This document shows positions 47,538-56,201 of a DNA stretch of 64,000 nt, piece by piece. How positions within the stretch are numbered: the first letter of the stretch is position 1; every line of letters starts with the position of its first letter. The position numbers and the translations under genes were made by a program. Source of the stretch: a virus; the IMG/VR virus record IMGVR_UViG_3300046660_000367, positions 34,276-98,275 of that record; one strand, written 5' to 3'. The notes below the pieces were generated by a model that saw only the letters and a list, made by a program, of their open reading frames with translations, did not search any database and had not been told where the DNA came from.

Positions 47538-47764
47538 CCGACGACCTGCCGCTGGACCTGCAAGAGCTGGCGCGTGACGCCCGCGTCGGCGAACCAGAGC
47601 AAAGGGCCAGCTGGCGACAACTGAAAAACTGCCTGCATTGCCAGAGCCGCACCTGGCCGATAGGCCGCAACGCCGCCGGCCAGCGCCGCGAACAGTGCCT
47701 GCACTGCGGCCAGCGCTATGTCGTGCTGGGCACACCGCGCCCCGACACGGAAGACGAAGACTAA
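47531..47764 (+). CDS. small Zn-ribbon protein
   Basis: CLHC...CLHC. Confidence 0.45.
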   Translation: MLTDDLPLDLQELARDARVGEPEQRASWRQLKNCLHCQSRTWPIGRNAAGQRREQCLHCGQRYVVLGTPRPDTEDED

Positions 47765-47875
47765 TTCGTTCCTGCCCGCTGCCGCTGGTCCCGTGCCAGT
47801 CGCGCAAGACAGGGATTTCTCTGCCCGCACGCCGACCTGGCCATGCGGGCTTTTTCATATCAGGAGCATCACACC

Positions 47876-48922
47876 ATGGCAGACAGCGCTATCCAATCGG
47901 ACGTGCCAGCACCCGCAGCAGCAGCAACCGCAGCAACCGACACCACCGAAGTACAGAAATCGTCCCGCGAGCTGGCCATGGAGGCGCTGGAAAACCGCCA
48001 CCAGCAACAGATGGCCGAAGCGAACGGCTACGAACTGCCGGTCGAGGAAGAACCGGCGCCAGTGATCGCTGCCGCACCGGCTGACCAGCTGGCCGCGCAG
48101 CTGGCCGACCCGCCCGCCGCAGCCGCCGCCGAAGTGCCCAACACCGTGCGCGTCAAGGTCGATGGCGTCGAGACCGACGTGCCGCTCGATGAAGTGGTGC
48201 GCCAGTACCAGAAGAACAGCAGCGCCGACAAGCGCCTGACCGAAGCCACGCGCCTGTTGCGCGAAGCCCAGGAAGCGCAGGCCCAGCGCCTGCTGATCGA
48301 GCAGCAGGAAGCCCAGCTGCGCGCCCAGCAAGCCAACACCGCCACACCCGACAACGCCACGACCGACAACCAGCCGGTTGACGAGTCCGGCAAAGAATTT
48401 CTCAAGGCCCTGTTTGAGGGCGACGAGGAAAACGCGCTCACCGCGCTGCAAAAGGTCATTGGAGGACGGCAGCAGACCGCTACGGCGGCTACGCCCACCC
48501 TCGACATCGACCAGATTGCCAACGCGGTGACGCAGCAAGTGCAGCAGAAGTTCGCAGTTGAGAGTGCATTAGCGCAGAACCAGCGCGACTATCCCGAGCT
48601 GTACAGCGACCCCGATATGGAGGCCCTGGCCCTGACCAAAATCCAACGCCTGCGCGAGCAGAGCGGCAGCGACTTTTTCACTGCACTGGATGCCGTCAGC
48701 AAGGACATGGCAACCAAATTCGGCTGGGCCGCGAGTGCCGCACCGGGACGTCAGGCCGATCCTGCCACAACCACGTCCTCCGCCCGAACGGCAAAGCTGG
48801 AGCAAAAACGCTCGATCGACAACGTCGCTTCGATCAACACCAAAACCACCACCACCGAACAGCAGCCCGAAAACCCCAGCGATGTTATCGCTGCGATGAA
48901 GGCCGCGCGTGCCGGGGGATAG
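47876..48922 (+). CDS. capsid scaffolding protein
   Basis: acidic/Ala-rich; VKVDGVE..V.LDE....YQK...AD.RL.EA; immediately upstream of the capsid gene. Confidence 0.8.
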   Translation: MADSAIQSDVPAPAAAATAATDTTEVQKSSRELAMEALENRHQQQMAEANGYELPVEEEPAPVIAAAPADQLAAQLADPPAAAAAEVPNTVRVKVDGVETDVPLDEVVRQYQKNSSADKRLTEATRLLREAQEAQAQRLLIEQQEAQLRAQQANTATPDNATTDNQPVDESGKEFLKALFEGDEENALTALQKVIGGRQQTATAATPTLDIDQIANAVTQQVQQKFAVESALAQNQRDYPELYSDPDMEALALTKIQRLREQSGSDFFTALDAVSKDMATKFGWAASAAPGRQADPATTTSSARTAKLEQKRSIDNVASINTKTTTTEQQPENPSDVIAAMKAARAGG

Positions 48923-48957
48923 GTGGATTCCATCTTTCTCTTTTAGGAGTACATATC

Positions 48958-50401
48958 ATGGCAGGTCAAGTCTGGCTCACCAACAGCCTGGGTAAATAAC
49001 ACTGCCCCGTCACCGAGTAATCGGCGACTGATAATTGCGTGAATTGCAGGGAACTCTGACCGCGTTAGGGCGCAGACAATCTGCAGCCAAGCCGGCACAA
49101 GCCGGAAGGTTCAACGACTATCCCGTAGGTGGGAGTAGGGGCAAGCGCCCCAAAGTGCGCAACGTCCCAAGGGACGATGAAATAGTCTGATCTTGTCAGA
49201 AATGGCAAGCAGCCGGAGTGGGAACCGGCGAGCAGCGAGTAGCGACCTCTGCTGAACAAAATGGGTTATATGTGGTCACCCAACCTCTCGAAAGTTTTGC
49301 GTATGGCCGTCCAGCCACTCACAAAATTCCGCCAATTTGCTGATATCAAGGACGCAGCTGTCCAGGGTAAAGGCATGGGCGACGCATTCCATTAACGACC
49401 TGGTGGAATTAAAACCGACTCTGATTGACTTCAACCCCCGGCAGCGGGAAAGAAGGGGCAAGCAAGCCGCAAGGCTGTGCAGCCTGAGAGACTAAGCGAG
49501 TTGGCCCCGGCAACGGGGATGCGATAGTCCGACCACGGCATATAACATCATGAACGCCGTGAGGTGGCAGAAATGACCACCCGCCTGTCAATGCAGCGAC
49601 AGGTTATCAAGTAACAGTGTGTGGAACGTTTACAGCGATGTAGCGACCCAAGGCACGACGCTCACGGAAGGCACCGCGATGCCAACCACGAACTTCGTGA
49701 TTACCCAGGGCACCATGACCATCACCGAGGCGGGCAATTCTGTGCCTTACTCCTCGAAATTGGACGACCTCTCGGAACAGCCGGTCAAGGAGATCATCAG
49801 CAAGGTCCTGAAGAACGACGCCAAAAAAGCGTTCGACATCATGGCCGAGGCGCAGTTCAAGCTCACGCCGCTGCGTGTCGTGCCAACCGGCGGCACCTCC
49901 ACCAGCGCCGTGACGCTGACCACCAACGGCACTGCGACGGCGACGAACAATGTGGCAATGGGCAAAAACCATGTGAAGGCCATCGTGGACGTGATGAAGG
50001 AACGCAATATCCCTCCATACGTGCAGGATGACTACATCAGCCTGGCCCACCCAACCACGTTCCGCCAGTTGAAGAACGACCTGGAAGCGGTCCACCAGTA
50101 CGTGGACGCCGGTTTCCAGATGATCCTCAACGGCGAGATCGGCCGCTACGAGTCGGTGCGCTTTGTCGAGCAAACCAACATCGCCAAGGCCGCGTTTGTA
50201 AACGGCCTGTCGAACTGGGCCTACTTCTTCGGCAACGACACCGTGGCCGAGGGCATTGTGATTCCCGAGGAGATGCGCGGGATGATCCCTGGCGACTACG
50301 GTCGCCAGCGCGGTGTGGCCTGGTACTACATGGGAGGTTTCGGCCTGGTTCAGACCGCCGCTGCGCAATCGCGCATCATCCGCTGGGATTCGGCCGCGTA
50401 A
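48958..50401 (+). CDS. major capsid protein (N4-gp56-like, HK97 fold), spliced: join(48958..48993,49264..49392,49622..50401), 314 aa
   Basis: AGGAG SD at 48945; joined frame MAGQVWLTNSLG|GYMWSPNLSKVLRMAVQPLTKFRQFADIKDAAVQGKGMGDAFH|WNVYSDVATQG...GEIGRYESVRFVE...DYGRQRGVAWY. Confidence 0.9.
48994..49263 (+). ncRNA. group I intron 1 (270 nt, IA2-like, no ORF)
   Basis: exon ends in U, intron ends in G; P AAUUGCAGGGAA 49042, Q AAUCUGCAGCC 49078, R GUUCAACGACUAU 49109, S AAAUAGUC about 49180; P3 UUGCGU/GCGCAA; P7.1, P7.2, P8 and P9-9.2 hairpins. Confidence 0.92.
49393..49621 (+). ncRNA. group I intron 2 (229 nt, compact, no P2/P7.1, no ORF)
   Basis: P1 AUUCCAU/GUGGAAU with U-G at the splice site; P3 CCGACUC/GAGUUGG; R CCUGAGAGACUAAG 49483; S GCGAUAGUCC 49521; P8 CCCCG-GCAA-CGGGG; terminal G. 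Confidence 0.92.
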
Positions 50402-50422
50402 TTTCGTGTAGCAGCAGCACCT

Positions 50423-50454
50423 GAAAGGCCCGCTTTCGAGCGGGTCTTTTTTTT
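50423..50454 (+). terminator. intrinsic terminator after the capsid gene
   Basis: GGCCCGCT-TTCG-AGCGGGTC plus T8. Confidence 0.85.
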
Positions 50455-50459
50455 CACCC

Positions 50460-50816
50460 CTATTCCGACGCCTGCGCCTGTTCCAAGCGCAGTTCGTCAA
50501 TCGCATATTGCGGCACCTTGTAGCCCAATGCGCGCAGCATGTCCAGCCGGTCGGCACACTCGCCCGGCGTGTCATCGTGAAACGATTCACCCGCGTGCGG
50601 CAGCGTGATATTTGCGCGCTCGCAGGTCTCAAGAAACGCCATCTGCGCGCGGTGCGCGGCCATGAATTCCTGGAAGTTGCCCGAGTTCGGCTCCGGCGTT
50701 GCCGGGACCGCGCCTACCGGCCGGTTGCCGGCCACATGCGTGGTCCAGCCGCCGCCGCCGTCGTACACGTACACATCGCATTGAAAGTCGTCGCTGCTCC
50801 AGCGGCAGTAGGACAT
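50460..50816 (-). CDS. conserved phage hypothetical protein (antisense moron)
   Basis: AGGAG SD; MSYCRWSSDDFQCDVYVY...GYKVPQYAID.L. Confidence 0.65.
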   Translation of the reverse strand: MSYCRWSSDDFQCDVYVYDGGGGWTTHVAGNRPVGAVPATPEPNSGNFQEFMAAHRAQMAFLETCERANITLPHAGESFHDDTPGECADRLDMLRALGYKVPQYAIDELRLEQAQASE

Positions 50817-50872
50817 ACAGCTCTCCTGTGGTTGGGGGAGCCGCGATTCTAACCCACAGCAAGGAGGTCGCC

Positions 50873-51121
50873 ATGACCATCGAGAACGCCGAACTGAACA
50901 CCAGCGCCGCACTGCCCGACTCCGACACCAGCTACACCGGCGGTTCCGGCGACGGCAACGATCCGTCACTGACGGCCCTGAAAGCGGGCTACGCCAAGGT
51001 GGCCGACCCCGAGAAGGTGCCGCACTACCTGCCGCAGAATACCGACGACGGCGAGAACTACGTCGGCAACCCGCTCGAACGTGGCGGCTTCCTGAACCGT
51101 CCCGAGGGCTGGGAGCGTTAA
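50873..51121 (+). CDS. hypothetical protein
   Basis: AAGGAGG SD. Confidence 0.6.
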   Translation: MTIENAELNTSAALPDSDTSYTGGSGDGNDPSLTALKAGYAKVADPEKVPHYLPQNTDDGENYVGNPLERGGFLNRPEGWER

Positions 51122-51168
51122 GCCCCGCCACTTGCCACCGCAGACCACCACCCACCAAGGAGATTGAC

Positions 51169-51438
51169 ATGTCCGACTCGAACTACAAACCCGACGGCAC
51201 CGGCGTCGTCATGGGCGATCGCAAGCCGATGCCCGACAAAGGTACGTCCACCGGCATGACCGGCTACGACACCCACAACGAAATGAGCCTGGACCAGGAC
51301 GCCACCAACACCATCGGCAAGATCACCGGCGCGACCAAGAGCGACCCGATGGACGAGTGCTACGCCGACGATCCGACCTTCGGCCCGGCCAAGGGCGATG
51401 CCGAGGAAGACGCGGCCGACGACAAGGCAGCCTACTGA
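51169..51438 (+). CDS. hypothetical acidic protein
   Basis: AAGGAG SD. Confidence 0.6.
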   Translation: MSDSNYKPDGTGVVMGDRKPMPDKGTSTGMTGYDTHNEMSLDQDATNTIGKITGATKSDPMDECYADDPTFGPAKGDAEEDAADDKAAY

Positions 51439-51683
51439 TGGCCGGCCCGACCTTCGACCGCAAGCGCCCGTTCGGCACCATTTCGGGCGACGAGTTCGGC
51501 CGCACGTACGAACAGGACCACCAGTTCTTCCTGGCCGACGGCAGCCTGTGGATTGCGCCGGAACCCGCGCCGGTGCCGGAAGTGCTGCCAGCCGAGGCAA
51601 CAAAGCCCGCGCCGAAAAAGGCCAAGGCCGCCGAACCGCTGGCACAGGACGCCCAGCTCGACGCACAGCTGGGTGCCGCGTGA
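51438..51683 (+). CDS. hypothetical protein
   Basis: FDRKRPFGTISG....YEQD...F.ADG. Confidence 0.6.
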   Translation: MAGPTFDRKRPFGTISGDEFGRTYEQDHQFFLADGSLWIAPEPAPVPEVLPAEATKPAPKKAKAAEPLAQDAQLDAQLGAA

Positions 51684-53314
51684 TCTGGCGCGTTGACGAC
51701 CCGCAGGGCGATGAAGCCAGCAAAGTGAAATTCGAGATCGTGCAATACACGCGCGGTCTCGGCCTGGACATCGGCTGCGGCCCGCATAAGGCATTCCCGC
51801 ATTTCATCGGTGTCGATAGCAAGAAGGACACCGAGTTGTTCGGTATCGACATGGCGCCGGACAACGTGGTCGAGGACGCGGCGCAGCTGCCGCAGGTCCC
51901 GACCGGCAAACTCGATTTCGTCTTTTCCTCGCATTTGCTGGAACACATCGAGGACTACCAGGGCGCGCTGCGCGAGTGGTGGCGCACCATCAAGGTGGGC
52001 GGGCACATGGTCCTGTACCTGCCGCACCGCGACCTGTACCCGAACGTCGGCCAGCCCGGCGCGAACCCGGACCACAAGCATGACTTCGCGCCGCAGGACA
52101 TCATCGACGCCATGACGGAGATCACGCGCGAGGTCGGCAACGCCTGCGATGTGCTGGTCAACGAGACACGCGGCGAGCGCATGGAATACTCGTTCCTGCT
52201 GGTGCTGCGCAAGATCGAGCGCGACGAGAACGATACCAGCTTGCACAGCTACCTGACGCCGCGCCCCACCAAGACAGCGTGTATCTCCCGCTTCGGCGGC
52301 TTCGGCGACATGATCATGGCTTCCGCCCTGCTGCCGGAACTGAAAGCGCAGGGCTACCACATCACCTTCAACACCACCCCCAGCGGGCAGGATATCCTGG
52401 CCCACGACCCGCACATCGACGACTGGCTGATCGTGGACCCGGACCAGGTGCCGAACCACCAGCTGCCGCTGTTTTGGCAAGCCATCGCGCGCCGCTACAG
52501 CAAGTTCATCCAGCTGTCCGAGTCCATCGAAGGCACCTTCCTGGCCATGCCGGGCCGCGCCAACCACGCCTGGCCGCATGCGGTGCGCCACATGGAGCTG
52601 AACCGCAACTACCTGGAATGGTGCGCCGAGCTGGCCGAACTGCCGTACCGCTCCGACGCCAAGTTCTACCCCAGCCTGTACGAGCAGGGCATCGCGGCCG
52701 GCTACCTGACCGGCATCCGCCTGTCGCGTGCACCCAAGGACCTGATGATCGGCGTGCCGACCCCGGACTGCTTTTTCATCGTGTGGGCGCTGGCCGGGTC
52801 ATCGATGCACAAGTTCTACCCGCACATGGACGCGGTGATCGCCAAGGTGCTGCTCGAACTTCCCGAGGCCGTCATCATCTTCACCGGCGACATGGCCTGC
52901 CAGATTCTGGAAGCGGGCTGGGAACTGGAGCCGCGCGTGTACCGCGAGTCGGGCAAGCAGAGCATACGTGAAACCCTTACCCTGGCCACCATGGCCGATT
53001 GCGTGGTGGGGCCGGAAACCGGCGTGCTGAATGCGGTCGCCTTCGAGGACAAGGTGGCCAAAGTGGCGCTGCTGTCGCATTCGTCCATCGAGAACCTGAC
53101 CAAGCACTGGCTCAATACCGCAAGCCTGGCGGCGCCGTTCAACCCGGACAACACGGTCTGCAACGACCAGGCCTGCCACCGCCTGCACTACGGCAGCGCC
53201 TTTTGTGTCGAGGACCTTGATACCGGCGCCTCGTCCTGCCAGAGCCACATCGCGCCGTCGCGCGTGTTCGACGCCATCAAGGCCGCCTACGCGGCGTGGA
53301 AGGAGCCGAAATGA
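51680..53314 (+). CDS. class I SAM methyltransferase fused to GT9-like glycosyltransferase
   Basis: GLDIGCG, DFVFSSHLLEH, W.RTIKVGG; RFGGFGDMIMAS.LL..LK and ADCVVGPETGVLNAVA (GT-B/GT9). Confidence 0.85.
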   Translation: MIWRVDDPQGDEASKVKFEIVQYTRGLGLDIGCGPHKAFPHFIGVDSKKDTELFGIDMAPDNVVEDAAQLPQVPTGKLDFVFSSHLLEHIEDYQGALREWWRTIKVGGHMVLYLPHRDLYPNVGQPGANPDHKHDFAPQDIIDAMTEITREVGNACDVLVNETRGERMEYSFLLVLRKIERDENDTSLHSYLTPRPTKTACISRFGGFGDMIMASALLPELKAQGYHITFNTTPSGQDILAHDPHIDDWLIVDPDQVPNHQLPLFWQAIARRYSKFIQLSESIEGTFLAMPGRANHAWPHAVRHMELNRNYLEWCAELAELPYRSDAKFYPSLYEQGIAAGYLTGIRLSRAPKDLMIGVPTPDCFFIVWALAGSSMHKFYPHMDAVIAKVLLELPEAVIIFTGDMACQILEAGWELEPRVYRESGKQSIRETLTLATMADCVVGPETGVLNAVAFEDKVAKVALLSHSSIENLTKHWLNTASLAAPFNPDNTVCNDQACHRLHYGSAFCVEDLDTGASSCQSHIAPSRVFDAIKAAYAAWKEPK

Positions 53315-53769
53315 CCGTAATCGTATGGGATGGAACCACGCTGGCGGCTGACCGCGAAGCCGGCGACAACTGGATCAAGTGCAACAGCGTGACCAAGATC
53401 GCGCGCATTGCCGGCCACCTGGTCGGCTGTGCCGGCCCGGCCTCTGCCGCGCGTGAAATGCAGGCATGGTTCGCCGGCGGCGCCGATCCGGCCACCTTCC
53501 ACGAGTCGCTACGCAAGCTCGACAGCCTGACCATGCTGGCCATCGCACCGGACGGCACTATCACGGTGTACCAGAACACGCCGTATCCGGTCATCTATGT
53601 CCCCGGCCAGATCGGCAACCGCTACGCCATCGGCAGCGGCAAGGAGGCGGCCATGGCCGTCATGCTGGCCGGGCATGACGCCCGCCGCGCCGTTGAAATC
53701 ACCTCGCTGGTGTGCGCCGGCTGCGGCAACGGCGTCGATACCCTGGAGCTGACCGATGACACTCTCTGA
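53311..53769 (+). CDS. Ntn-hydrolase, proteasome beta/HslV-like peptidase
   Basis: Thr2 nucleophile position, TVIVWDG..LAAD, KI, GCAG, YAIGSG. Confidence 0.7.
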   Translation: MTVIVWDGTTLAADREAGDNWIKCNSVTKIARIAGHLVGCAGPASAAREMQAWFAGGADPATFHESLRKLDSLTMLAIAPDGTITVYQNTPYPVIYVPGQIGNRYAIGSGKEAAMAVMLAGHDARRAVEITSLVCAGCGNGVDTLELTDDTL

Positions 53770-54415
53770 CCTGATCACGTTGTTCCGTAACGAGGTGGAC
53801 GACAGCACGGCGCCGCACCTGTGGAGCGACGAGGAAGCCATCGACTTCGCCAACGATGCCGAGGCCGAGGCGTGCCGCCGCGCGCGTCTGTTTGTCGATT
53901 CCAGCACCGCGGAAATCTGCGTCGTGGAGGTGCTGGCGACCGACAGCGGCCTGGTCACGCTCGACCCGCGCATCCTGTTCGTGCGCCGCGCCCGCATCGA
54001 GGGTTCACGCCCGCTGGCGCGCATGAACATGCAGGACATGGAATCGGACAACCCGTACTGGCAAAACGCCCCTGCAGCCTCGCCGCGCATGTTCATCACC
54101 GACTACCAGACCGGCAAGCTGCTGCTGTGGCCCATCCCGGACCAGGACGACGTGCTGCTGTTGACGGTGGTGCGCATGCCGCTGGCGGAAATGCACGACA
54201 CCGAGGACAGCCCCGAGATCGCACCGCGCTTTCACCGTTCGCTGCGCTACTGGATGATGTTCCGCGCCTACAGCAAGCAGGACAGCCAGGCCAACGACCC
54301 GAAAAAGGCCGCCGATGCGTTGGCCCTGTTCGAGCAGGAGTTTGGCAAGAAGTCGTCGGCGCTGGACGAGACCTGGATCGAGCGCGAGCAGAGCTATATG
54401 GACGGGACCTTTTAG
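53756..54415 (+). CDS. head-tail adaptor/connector protein
   Basis: MTL..L...FR..VDD....LWSDEE...F.N.AE.EACRR...PEI...FH..L..W. Confidence 0.7.
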   Translation: MTLSDLITLFRNEVDDSTAPHLWSDEEAIDFANDAEAEACRRARLFVDSSTAEICVVEVLATDSGLVTLDPRILFVRRARIEGSRPLARMNMQDMESDNPYWQNAPAASPRMFITDYQTGKLLLWPIPDQDDVLLLTVVRMPLAEMHDTEDSPEIAPRFHRSLRYWMMFRAYSKQDSQANDPKKAADALALFEQEFGKKSSALDETWIEREQSYMDGTF

Positions 54416-54642
54416 TTGCTGTAGACCCGGCTGCTTTCGGCGGGGTAGCTTGCCGAGCGCAACTTGTCGGCCAGCGTTTCCAGTGCCTTCGCCAAGTCCT
54501 CACGGTGTTGGAAATGGATAGGAAGGACGATGCCAACCGAGGCATCGTCGGCGTTTTCGACCACCAGCAAGATGGTGGCCAACGCGCCAAGGTCCATATG
54601 GACCTTGCGTGCCAATGCCATCACTTCCATATTTTCGGCCAT
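54412..54642 (-). CDS. hypothetical protein (antisense moron)
   Basis: AGGAGG SD. Confidence 0.45.
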   Translation of the reverse strand: MAENMEVMALARKVHMDLGALATILLVVENADDASVGIVLPIHFQHREDLAKALETLADKLRSASYPAESSRVYSN

Positions 54643-54909
54643 TGGCCCTCCTGAAAGATTTACAAAGGGAAAGGATTCTACATCATGCACGCCCGCCTCC
54701 GTAAAAACAGCAACTGCGGCTGCACCCTGGCCGAACTGATGTTCCTGGTCGCCCTGCACCTGTACTGGAAAGCCCACTATGCAAATCGAGTCTGAAAAAT
54801 TCTGGAAGGTGGCTGACGCCATCACCACCACCTGCCCCTTGTGCGGCTTCCTGCGCGGCCTGTCGCTGGGTATGTGCCTGGGCGCGCTGCTGATGCTGCT
54901 CGACTGATC

Positions 54910-56100
54910 ATGGCCGATCCGAGCTACGGTAAGTTCGCCGGACTGCGCAACACCGTCCCGGCCGAACGCATGAAGCCGGAAGACCTGCTGGTGGCGCGCA
55001 ACGTCGATCTCGACAACGGCCAGCGCCTGTCGCGCCGCAGCGGGCAAACCTTGCTGGTGGCGGGGTCCGTCCATTCGCTGTGGGCGGAAGACGCCACTTG
55101 CCTGTATGTGCGCGATGGCAGCATGTTCCAGCTCACGCCGCAACTGGCCAGCATCGAAGTGGCCGCCGGCTTGTCGGATGCGCCCATGGCCTACGTGCGC
55201 GTGGGCGAGCGCGTGTATCACGCCAACGGCGCCACCAGCGCGGTCTTGACGGACGGCGCCGTGCGCGGCTGGGGCATCCCCATCGACCAGATCGCCGTCA
55301 ACGCCACCCTGATCCCGACCGGCACGCTGCCGGCCGGCGTGTACCAGTTCGCCATGACCTGGTTGCGCGATGACGGCCAGGAGTCCGGCACCGGCCTGGC
55401 GACCCGCATCGATCTGCCGGCGCAGGGTGGCCTGCGCTTCAGCTGGGCCGTGCCGGACGATCTGAGTATTGTCGGCGCCATCCTGTATCTGACCGACGCC
55501 GACAGCAAAACCCTGCTGCAGGCGCTGCAAGTCGATATCGAAGCGGGACAGGCCGACTACCTGGGCGGACCGCGCTCGCTGCCGCTGGCTACCCAATGGT
55601 ACGACGTGCCGCCCGCCGGCCAGTGCCTGGCCCACTACAAGGGCCGCATCTACATCGCCGCCGGGGCGCACCTGTACGCCACCACGCCACTCGGCTATGA
55701 ATACTGCGATGTGCGCGATTTCCGCAGCTTCGACGGCAGCACCATCACCGTGCTGGGCGCGGTGGACGGCGGCCTGTTCATCGGCACCGAACGCGGCCTG
55801 TACTTCCTGGGCGGCGCCAACTTCGCCGAGAACACCCTGCAAATCCTGCTCAATAGCGCCTGCGTGGCTGGCTCACTGGCCAGCGGCGACGGCATGGCCG
55901 TCACCGGCCGCACCGAACTGTCCGGCCGCCGCGTGCTGCTGCTGACCACCGTCGATGGCGTGGTGCTGGGCCTGCCGGACGGCAGCATCCAGAACCTGAC
56001 CCTGGAGCGCTACCAGTTCACGCCCGGCGCGCGCGGCGCGGCTGTGCTGCGCCTCGATCCCACGCTGAGCCAGTACCTCATCACCACCGACCTGTCTTAA
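54910..56100 (+). CDS. tail nozzle / DNA-stabilisation-like beta-propeller protein
   Basis: FAGLRN...L..ARNVD.DN...L.RR.G; follows the adaptor gene. Confidence 0.65.
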   Translation: MADPSYGKFAGLRNTVPAERMKPEDLLVARNVDLDNGQRLSRRSGQTLLVAGSVHSLWAEDATCLYVRDGSMFQLTPQLASIEVAAGLSDAPMAYVRVGERVYHANGATSAVLTDGAVRGWGIPIDQIAVNATLIPTGTLPAGVYQFAMTWLRDDGQESGTGLATRIDLPAQGGLRFSWAVPDDLSIVGAILYLTDADSKTLLQALQVDIEAGQADYLGGPRSLPLATQWYDVPPAGQCLAHYKGRIYIAAGAHLYATTPLGYEYCDVRDFRSFDGSTITVLGAVDGGLFIGTERGLYFLGGANFAENTLQILLNSACVAGSLASGDGMAVTGRTELSGRRVLLLTTVDGVVLGLPDGSIQNLTLERYQFTPGARGAAVLRLDPTLSQYLITTDLS

Positions 56101-56143
56101 AACTTGCCAGGCGCTGCCCGCCTGCGCCAACCCATCCCACCAA

Positions 56144-56169
56144 CTCCGCTATTCGCGGAGTTTTTTTTT
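56144..56169 (+). terminator. intrinsic terminator
   Basis: CTCCGC-tattc-GCGGAG plus T9. Confidence 0.75.
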
Positions 56170-56201
56170 GCCCGTTGAGGGCTTCACTTGGAGGCTTTAT
56201 C

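Noticed and set aside
49065-49591. Short minus-strand ORFs inside the introns as homing endonucleases
   Set aside because: Only 60-64 aa, antisense, with no LAGLIDADG, HNH or GIY-YIG motifs
48958-49621. Capsid gene as a pseudogene, or starting at GTG 49619
   Set aside because: The strong SD is at 48945, the two upstream segments join in frame, and the interruptions have complete group I intron cores
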